A DNA stretch of 64,000 bases from Acaryochloridaceae cyanobacterium OTE_25_metabat_464 (GTDB lineage: Bacteria > Cyanobacteriota > Cyanobacteriia > Thermosynechococcales > Thermosynechococcaceae). Under the pieces are notes generated by a model, which ran no database searches, was not told the origin of the DNA, and was given only the letters and a program-made list of their open reading frames with translations. Made by a program: the position numbers and the translations under genes. Positions 20,747 through 27,641 of this stretch are shown piece after piece; positions within the stretch are counted from its first letter, which is position 1, and the number at the start of each line of letters is the position of its first letter. The stretch covers positions 23,235 through 87,234 of the forward strand of contig JANLSD010000014.1 in NCBI GenBank assembly GCA_031362245.1. The letters are read 5' to 3'.

Positions 20747-21892
20747 TTAGGAGCGGACTTTTTCTTTCATATTGCGATCGGTTGCCAACGACCAGTAGTT
20801 GATAATCAAATTCATATCTTGAGCAACTTCATTCGGCTTTTCAACAGGTGTCGTTCCAACAGGAATTGTAGCCATATATAGAGCTGGCACTGTCGGTACT
20901 TCGTTGTAAGTTCCGAGTTCAATTTGAGTTAATAGTCTAGATAGAGGGTCAGCAAGACGGAAGAAGTAGTAAGACTTAGCGTGAACAGGCAATTTAACTT
21001 GATTAGCAATCTTTTTCAACCGCTCCTCTTCATTGGAACCCTCCGCCCGCATAGAGACGACAATTGGGGAATCAAACTCCAGGCTCAAATGGAACCAAGA
21101 CATCATTGATACAAACCAGAACTCTTCTTGGGAGAGATTGCCGTTGATGCGGCGAGTTCTCAACATGTTATTGAGACGGCGGGCTAGAAGAGCGATTGTG
21201 GCATCATCTTTGGGATTCGAGCCACTGGTATTTTTTGCGTTAGCAATTGCAACCCAAACCTCTTTTAGAAATTCCTCAAATGTGCTGACAAATTCACGAT
21301 TAGCAACATCGGGTTTTTCATAAGGATATGGCTTGTTATCACTCGTCCCATGATTGAGATCCATTCCAAACATGCGATAGTAGGCATTCCGTCGAGAAGC
21401 TCCCTGGTCTGGGCGAATGTAGCTTGATACAGAGTAGATACTAAAGGGGGCTGGATCTCGAAAGAACAACTCTTCCGTATTCCGCAGCCAATGTTGAGTA
21501 CTGGCAAGGGGAACACCCAATCGTTCGCTGTGCCGATACTCATAGATTACCCGCCTGAAGATTTCGTAAATATTTGTGTTTTCGATCAGATATGCATAAA
21601 TAAGGTGATCCCAGCAAAAGAGTCCTTTATTTTTAGGGGAAAACTTATCCTTATTTGGAACGTAAAAATCATTTTCATCAGCACCGAGAATTTCAAGAAG
21701 ATAGTCAGGCAGTTGAGGAATATCACTCCGACGGTTAGGATGCCCAAGCGGATCATTATCCGACTTTCTGAACTCCCAGCCCATTTCTAACAAGGCAGCT
21801 AATTTTGACGGATGCAAACGGAAGAGTAGTTCTGCCTTTTGATAAGGTGTATCAAGTGGAAGTGGGGTTCGAGCAGCGATGCGTCTAAACAT
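20747..21892 (-). CDS. Orphan-operon gene 4: hypothetical soluble protein (381 aa)
   Basis: ATG is preceded by ATAGGAGAAACTAACTA. No TM segment and no recognisable motif. AT-richer than its surroundings. Confidence 0.7.
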   Translation of the reverse strand: MFRRIAARTPLPLDTPYQKAELLFRLHPSKLAALLEMGWEFRKSDNDPLGHPNRRSDIPQLPDYLLEILGADENDFYVPNKDKFSPKNKGLFCWDHLIYAYLIENTNIYEIFRRVIYEYRHSERLGVPLASTQHWLRNTEELFFRDPAPFSIYSVSSYIRPDQGASRRNAYYRMFGMDLNHGTSDNKPYPYEKPDVANREFVSTFEEFLKEVWVAIANAKNTSGSNPKDDATIALLARRLNNMLRTRRINGNLSQEEFWFVSMMSWFHLSLEFDSPIVVSMRAEGSNEEERLKKIANQVKLPVHAKSYYFFRLADPLSRLLTQIELGTYNEVPTVPALYMATIPVGTTPVEKPNEVAQDMNLIINYWSLATDRNMKEKVRS

Positions 21893-21960
21893 TAGTTAGT
21901 TTCTCCTATTTTTTATCCTTTAAACTGAAGCAAGCTTCTCTCAAAGTATGCTGAATCAGA

Positions 21961-22326
21961 TCATTTCAGAACCTGGTTTTTGGGTTTACAATCTTCACCG
22001 AGCGGAAGTTCGTCTAGCTGCGGCGAACTTGCCAACGCTTCTTTATCTACCTTCGGTAAACACCATTCCTTTTCAGGGCCAACTAGCGCTTTTTTGATTT
22101 TGAGGAATTCATCTCTGGCATATTCTGGAGTTCCCAGTATCGGGGAAGTTTTTTGGGTTTCTACTGGATTTTCCATGGTTTTCTGCTCTTTTGTTTGTTG
22201 AAATTTCAAAGTGCCTGCAATAAGGTCACTATTTTTGTCAGTTAAACTTTTTTGATCTTCTGTTTTTTTATCTGGCTGGGATGCTCCTGGCGGAGTATTT
22301 TCTGGTCTGCCTTTTTCCTCTGTCAT
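21961..22326 (-). CDS. Orphan-operon gene 3: small Lys/Glu/Pro-rich, probably disordered protein (121 aa)
   Basis: ATG is preceded by TTAGGAGAGGAAAACCC. Low-complexity charged sequence with no known domain. Confidence 0.5.
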   Translation of the reverse strand: MTEEKGRPENTPPGASQPDKKTEDQKSLTDKNSDLIAGTLKFQQTKEQKTMENPVETQKTSPILGTPEYARDEFLKIKKALVGPEKEWCLPKVDKEALASSPQLDELPLGEDCKPKNQVLK

Positions 22327-22356
22327 GGGTTTTCCTCTCCTAATGACGATCGATCC

Positions 22357-23652
22357 TCAAGCAACCTGCAAAGTCTCCCCCAGCCTCAGCATCCAGTCTT
22401 TTTGCTGTTGCAAAACCTCCAACGCCCGATCGGATCGAGTCGCCGCCAGATATCCCGTCAGAGCCAACAGCCGGAGCGGCTCCGTCCAGACCCAATGATG
22501 CGACGTATACAGCGCCGCGCCACCCTGTTGCTCCAGTTTTGCCAACGCTTCCGGGCTAACCCGTCTGGGGTCAATCAGCATCGCCAGGGAATCGCCTCGA
22601 AAGGCTCGCATCGGAGCCGCCAGCGTCAACTCAGCGATTCTCGGCAGCAATGGCAAAGATTGTTGCAACAACTCCCGCACCTCTGGTCTGGCCCGCGCCA
22701 AATCAAGTTCCTGCCGCCATGTCCGCTCCAATTCATCCCAAGGCCCCCTGCCAAAAAACAGACGACACATTTCGATTCCCAGCAACAGGCGGAGATAGCC
22801 GATCGGGTGAGGATCACCTGGAAGATAGCGGAAGGCGATCGCCTCACCACCAGCAATCACCGTATGCAGCCCCGAAACCGCCGCATAGCCCGTATGCGCA
22901 AACGCAAACGTATCAGCCGCAATTTCACTCGACCAGCTTGCCCACATTCCAGCCACCTCTGGCGACACCACCGATAGCTCCCTGTCCAGAAGCGCCGCCA
23001 GTTCGTCACTCCAACCAATAAACTGAGCAACCTGGTGCCCCGCTTCATGAATCAAAGCCGTCGGACGGTAGAGATTGTGTCGCGTAATCTTGATCGCCGC
23101 CGTCAGGCTTTCCGTTTTGCCATCCCACAACCGCAGTCCGGCTTTGAGAATGGAGGCTCCCAACCCCTTATCGATATAAGTCAACACGGGCGGCGTGGTT
23201 TTACCCAACTGATCTAGCAACTGCGACATACTGCGCCGTGCCAACACATCACAGGCACGCAAAAGTGCTGCAAGTCTTGGACTGGTTCGAGTATTGAGGG
23301 CATCAGCATAGAAATCTAGCAACGTTTCCGTCTGTAGATAATGCTGCCGAAATCCCAACAACTGGCGTTGAACCTGATTGATCTCGTCGCGCGTTCTCGC
23401 CACATTCAACTGACCTTGTAGCGTCGCCGCCTGTCGCTGGAGCCGCTCCACCGCCGCCGATAGGTTCTGGCGCAACACAATCCCCGTATACTTTTCCAGC
23501 CCCTCCCAAACACTCGCCGAAGCCAGATCTTCTAAATCCCCCAGCCTCGACGCGGCCATCGCCCAGTGCGACACCTGACGGGCAAGATGTAAACGCAGCG
23601 CATCGGTATCTTCAACCACGATTGAACCCTGGAACAACTTGGACGTTCGCAT
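22357..23652 (-). CDS. Orphan-operon gene 2: putative gluzincin-type zinc metalloprotease (HEAGH)
   Basis: Start MRTSKLF at 23652 is preceded by AAGGGAGG. HEAGH is encoded at 23035-23049 (aa 202-206), followed about 36 aa later by SSEIAADTFAF, a candidate third ligand Glu. The N-terminal half looks helical. Confidence 0.65.
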   Translation of the reverse strand: MRTSKLFQGSIVVEDTDALRLHLARQVSHWAMAASRLGDLEDLASASVWEGLEKYTGIVLRQNLSAAVERLQRQAATLQGQLNVARTRDEINQVQRQLLGFRQHYLQTETLLDFYADALNTRTSPRLAALLRACDVLARRSMSQLLDQLGKTTPPVLTYIDKGLGASILKAGLRLWDGKTESLTAAIKITRHNLYRPTALIHEAGHQVAQFIGWSDELAALLDRELSVVSPEVAGMWASWSSEIAADTFAFAHTGYAAVSGLHTVIAGGEAIAFRYLPGDPHPIGYLRLLLGIEMCRLFFGRGPWDELERTWRQELDLARARPEVRELLQQSLPLLPRIAELTLAAPMRAFRGDSLAMLIDPRRVSPEALAKLEQQGGAALYTSHHWVWTEPLRLLALTGYLAATRSDRALEVLQQQKDWMLRLGETLQVA

Positions 23653-26017
23653 CGGGCATACCTCCCTTAGCCTGCATCTCCTGAATATTGACCGACTCTC
23701 CGCGCAAGATTTTCCGCAGATGTGCAAATCCAGGTGGATTAGTAAAGACAATTTTCAACGTCACCCCATCGGCAGGGTTTTCTGTAGCAGTAATGAAATC
23801 TGGAGATTTCTGTTGTAAGTAAGTCGTCAGATTCTTGCCCAGCCATTCAATCAGATGTTTAATAAACCATTCCCGAACCGCCTGAGGCAGACGACTCAAA
23901 ATTCGTCCTCGCGATCCTTTCGGCGGCACTTTACCGTGGATCGTTTTCAGGTGGCTATGGTGCTTCCCAGTCATGATTTTTTTCAACCGTGGCTCATAGA
24001 CCGCACTTAAATGGGGCATAACCGTGCCGATCGATGCCTTTTGGCGAAGCTTCACAGCGATCGCCTGAGCCACAGCCTCACTAAGAAATAGGTGGATTTT
24101 AATTTGGTCGTGCGGGAAATCAAATCGGATATTGAGTTGTCGGATGCGTCTGGGCTTTGGCGCACCCCCAGCCACTGGCACTACCTGCGGACGCGCTTCG
24201 GGAATCTCCAAATAGTAGAGCCGTTGACCTACCGCAGTTGTAGGCTGATGGTCGAGGTATTTCTCTGGCACCTCCCGTCCCAATCCTGGCTGACCGAACA
24301 CCATTCCAGCCGCCTCTGGGGTGAGGGGATGCAGATGCGTCCAAGCAGTTATGCTACCCAGTCCAGGCACATGCCGCTCGGATTTGCAAATTTGACTCAG
24401 CAGCGTTCCAGGGATTGCTTCGTAAAGATGCACCCGTGCCTTGATCGCTCGACCTGGCGACAGCCCCAGTCGATCTTGCAGAAATTCCGCCAGCGGCACA
24501 TCACAGAACGTTTTCACCACCCGCGCCATGTGGGGAGTAATGATCGTTTCATAAACCCTAGTACATTTTTTGTAACGTTTATTACCCCGTAACGGCTGCA
24601 TCACCCAGGTGGACTTAATGCCAGTCGTCTCTCGTAGTTCAGGTCTGGCTTCATATATCCGTTCTGGCAGAACAGGTGGTAGATTGACAGAAGCAGACTG
24701 TTCAAAGGCTTCTAGGGCATATCCTTCCAACAGTTCTTGGTTATCTAGAATGTACTCTGGCAGTGCCGCAATCTGACGCACCGTATCTTCAAGCGTGGCG
24801 GCAACCGCTGAACGGGCAGCATGGACTTCATTCTCAGGTGTGGCTTCCAAATGAATTAAGCGCAAACCTACGTCCACCATTGCCTGAGATAGTGCTGGAG
24901 CATATTGAGGACCAATGAACTTTCGGATCAGTTTGGCTAAGAACTCGGCAAGCCAATTAACGATCTTGACTCGACCCACCATGCTTATTCCCAGCTTTAA
25001 AGCAGGCAGAATGGCAGGTATAAAGTTTTGCACTAGCGGGGTCGGATCTTCTCCTTCTCTCAATTCGCCAAGCTGCGTTACAAACTGGGCACGTGCTCTA
25101 TCTAACTCACTGAGTGGATCGTGGGTGATCGGCTGCTGCGATTCTTTAACATATTCGGCGATCGCCAATTCCTGTTCTACAGCCTCTTTGCTAAACAAAA
25201 GATTCGCAATTTGCCCATCAAACTCTCGTTGAATTCCAGAAACATCCGGCGTGGCATCTTCTTCGGTAGTGGCTTCTTCTTCAAATTCTTGATTCAGCAG
25301 CCGTTTAGCAAATTGATCGGCCACGGGGCGAAGTGCCGCAGGCAATTTGTTGATACCCTGTTTCACAACTCTCTGCACCAGTGGCATAATCAGTTGTTTG
25401 AGCTTTTGCAGAATGGGTTTGAGTGCAAAGTTGCCAGCTAGATTAATCCCCTGCTTCACTAAACCACCGGCTTTCTTGAGCAAACTACCAAAAAAGTTCT
25501 CAAAGCTGGGAGAGAGACTATTTTGAGGTTCATAGCGATCAATAAAGGATTCAATTTCTGCCTCATCGAGGCTACTTGGGCTACGTTGTCCAAATTCATT
25601 TGCCATCGTGTCCAGAAACATCTCGGCTTCTGTGACCAAAGGTGCAAAGTGCTGCTCTAGCATCCGTGTCGCCTGCATTTTCTGAGCAAGCGGATCTCCA
25701 TATTCACTCTCAAATCGATCTTGATAAAGTTCGTCGGCCTCACTGACCAACTCAAATACCGCCTCATCAAACTCCTCATCATAGAGTTCGCTGAGAAACT
25801 CCATCATCTCCTCAGCTTCTGGATCGATCGATCCCGCTTCGTTTTCCAATTCATAGACGGAACGGAACGGACTTTCGCGTTGAGCAAGATTTGAGTAGAA
25901 TGCCTGTCCTTCTGATGCTTCCGATGCCTCATCAAAAAACTTCATCGTTATATTAGGAAAGGGGGACTCAAAATCTTGGGATTGAGAGCCATAGTTCTCT
26001 TCTGTAAAAGATGACAT
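23612..26017 (-). CDS. Orphan-operon gene 1: 801-aa protein with acidic double-ESPF leader followed by a cationic amphipathic segment
   Basis: SD AAGAGGTAACA precedes the ATG. ESPF at aa 17-20 and 48-51. Glu/Asp-rich up to about aa 165, then FFGSLLKKAGGLVKQGIN...RVVKQGINKLP. The remainder shows no recognisable domain. Confidence 0.75.
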   Translation of the reverse strand: MSSFTEENYGSQSQDFESPFPNITMKFFDEASEASEGQAFYSNLAQRESPFRSVYELENEAGSIDPEAEEMMEFLSELYDEEFDEAVFELVSEADELYQDRFESEYGDPLAQKMQATRMLEQHFAPLVTEAEMFLDTMANEFGQRSPSSLDEAEIESFIDRYEPQNSLSPSFENFFGSLLKKAGGLVKQGINLAGNFALKPILQKLKQLIMPLVQRVVKQGINKLPAALRPVADQFAKRLLNQEFEEEATTEEDATPDVSGIQREFDGQIANLLFSKEAVEQELAIAEYVKESQQPITHDPLSELDRARAQFVTQLGELREGEDPTPLVQNFIPAILPALKLGISMVGRVKIVNWLAEFLAKLIRKFIGPQYAPALSQAMVDVGLRLIHLEATPENEVHAARSAVAATLEDTVRQIAALPEYILDNQELLEGYALEAFEQSASVNLPPVLPERIYEARPELRETTGIKSTWVMQPLRGNKRYKKCTRVYETIITPHMARVVKTFCDVPLAEFLQDRLGLSPGRAIKARVHLYEAIPGTLLSQICKSERHVPGLGSITAWTHLHPLTPEAAGMVFGQPGLGREVPEKYLDHQPTTAVGQRLYYLEIPEARPQVVPVAGGAPKPRRIRQLNIRFDFPHDQIKIHLFLSEAVAQAIAVKLRQKASIGTVMPHLSAVYEPRLKKIMTGKHHSHLKTIHGKVPPKGSRGRILSRLPQAVREWFIKHLIEWLGKNLTTYLQQKSPDFITATENPADGVTLKIVFTNPPGFAHLRKILRGESVNIQEMQAKGGMPDANVQVVPGFNRG

Positions 26018-26149
26018 TGTTACCTCTTAATCGATTGAAGAATATATGAATACAGAAATCAATCAAAATCTTGCTCTACAGACAATTTCAAAATCTCAAA
26101 TCAAAATCTTACAGATAATAACCTACGCTAGGATCTGGCGAACTAACTT

Positions 26150-26180
26150 AGGTTGAGACGACAAACTGTCGTCTCAACCT
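26150..26180. promoter_or_regulatory. Perfect 13-bp stem / 5-nt loop palindrome upstream of the orphan operon
   Basis: AGGTTGAGACGAC-AAACT-GTCGTCTCAACCT lies 133-163 nt upstream of the 26017 start codon, with no U-tract on either strand. It could be an operator, a 5'-UTR structure, or a terminator of the retropepsin pair. Confidence 0.4.
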
Positions 26181-26593
26181 TCCAGAGGATGTTTACATGA
26201 CACGATGTCGTCCAACATCCCAAAATAATGTGGTATTGCGTAAAATTATCGCATAAAACCCTACTTTCGAGAGTTTTTACGACAGTTTCATTAATTTTTC
26301 TTGATTTATGGATTTTATCGCTCTATCCCATTCACATCAAAGGACAGATGAAGCGCGTTAGGTCGTCCACTTTTAAGATTTTTACGTTAGATGGGGTTTT
26401 AGTCACGCAGTTGGTTTACAGCTAATTTAAGGAGCCTTAGCCGCATTCCCCCTCATTCACAAAAAGTAACTGTAGCGTGGGTTGACGCTAGGAAAACCAC
26501 TGACAAAGCAATAGTTGAAAGGCAGTGAATTGGATTAAGTCGATTGGGTTATGGGTTTGTTCCTTAACCCATCCTACAGTTCTTGGCATACAC

Positions 26594-26969
26594 TCATAGT
26601 GCTTCGATCTTAACGCTTCCACCCTCAATAGTATCAACTTGTAATCGATAACCGTAGAGTAACGACATCCCAAGCAGAGGCTCCGTTTCTGATTCTGCAA
26701 TGTAGATTTCGCGGTACTGCCCATCCCAAATCACGGTCGCAGTATATAAATCGAACAGGGTTTCACTGCCATCGCCTAATGTAACAATATCAGAGGCACT
26801 CCAGGGTAAATCAAGGGTAGTGATGATTGCAGACGGTAAAGATAAAAATCCACTGAACCCTGTATCAATTATCAATCACAGTATCAATCACTTGCCGTTG
26901 TCCATCCGAGTTACTGACAACAAGGGGAAGCGTTGCTTCACGACGTAAATTCACGACTCCGTAAATCAT
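26594..26969 (-). pseudogene. Retropepsin-like (clan AA) aspartic protease, frameshifted at the catalytic DTG codons
   Basis: ATG at 26969 gives MIYGVVNLRREATLPLVVSNSDGQRQVIDTVIDN* (stop at 26865-26867). The rest continues in another frame from 26875 as IIDTGFSGFLSLP...LLGMSLL. Three TATCAAT copies lie at 26863-26888. Confidence 0.65.
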
Positions 26970-27241
26970 GGATTCTGCTTCAGACTTCGTGCTCCAAAAT
27001 GATCAACGGCGCGATGCCCGATCCGAATTACCCAAGGCTGAGCGTCGGGGTATTGCTCAAACAGGCGATTGGTTGCGGGTACGATATTTTCATCGACCTC
27101 AAAGGCTCCAGTTTCAATGTCGATCGCCACAATTTTGCTTTCATTTCCCGCTTCGACTTGTTGCCGAATACTGGATTCATAGAGTGCTTGCCCACGTTGA
27201 GCCAATTCTTCTTTGCTATAACGTCGTTGGCGAACTGCCAT
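26966..27241 (-). CDS. Small partner protein of the retropepsin-like protease (91 aa)
   Basis: Its stop overlaps the protease ATG (ATGA at 26966-26969). This gene-pair architecture recurs in cyanobacteria. Function unknown. Confidence 0.55.
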   Translation of the reverse strand: MAVRQRRYSKEELAQRGQALYESSIRQQVEAGNESKIVAIDIETGAFEVDENIVPATNRLFEQYPDAQPWVIRIGHRAVDHFGARSLKQNP

Positions 27242-27641
27242 AGAGTTGACCTTGCTGCGACTTCCATACTCTATTTTCGCCTGGAGAGTCGATCATTGGC
27301 TTCGTAGTGTGCATGCAGTAACTGTGGTCGTCGTCCATTTAGCTTGACCTTTTACAGCAGCATCTATGTAGTACACTCTTGCCTCATTTACAAAATGTAT
27401 GCTTCCTTAACCCAAAGTTACCTCTGCATTAAGAGTCATCGCAAATTGGGTCAAGAAGGGTACAAACTACGCTACATCAAGATATAGAAGGCGCTGTCCC
27501 CTCAGCCCTACCGTCTGGATCGCAATCTAGCGCGACCTCCTTTGATGCAGGTGAGATCGCCCCACCACCAACCAACTTTTCCCGTTTTTTGATTCTGTTT
27601 GGCACGGCTCAGTCCACCCATTCATCTAAAGCGAGGTAAAC

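Noticed and set aside
22252-22977. 241-aa plus-strand ORF (and the 123-aa ORF at 22650..23021), rich in Arg/Gln/Pro/Ser
   Set aside because: It lies entirely antisense to the HEAGH gene and the 121-aa gene, has a low-complexity composition typical of antisense frames of GC-rich coding DNA, and has no SD.
15845-26017. Possibility that the orphan operon is an extracellular contractile injection system, T6SS or tailocin locus (acidic-leader cargo, fibre-like small protein)
   Set aside because: I looked for sheath, tube, baseplate/gp25-like, spike (VgrG/PAAR), tape-measure or AAA+ ATPase genes in and around the block. I recognised none; every ORF over 60 aa on the coding strand is accounted for. 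The eCIS idea remains only a remote trans-acting possibility.
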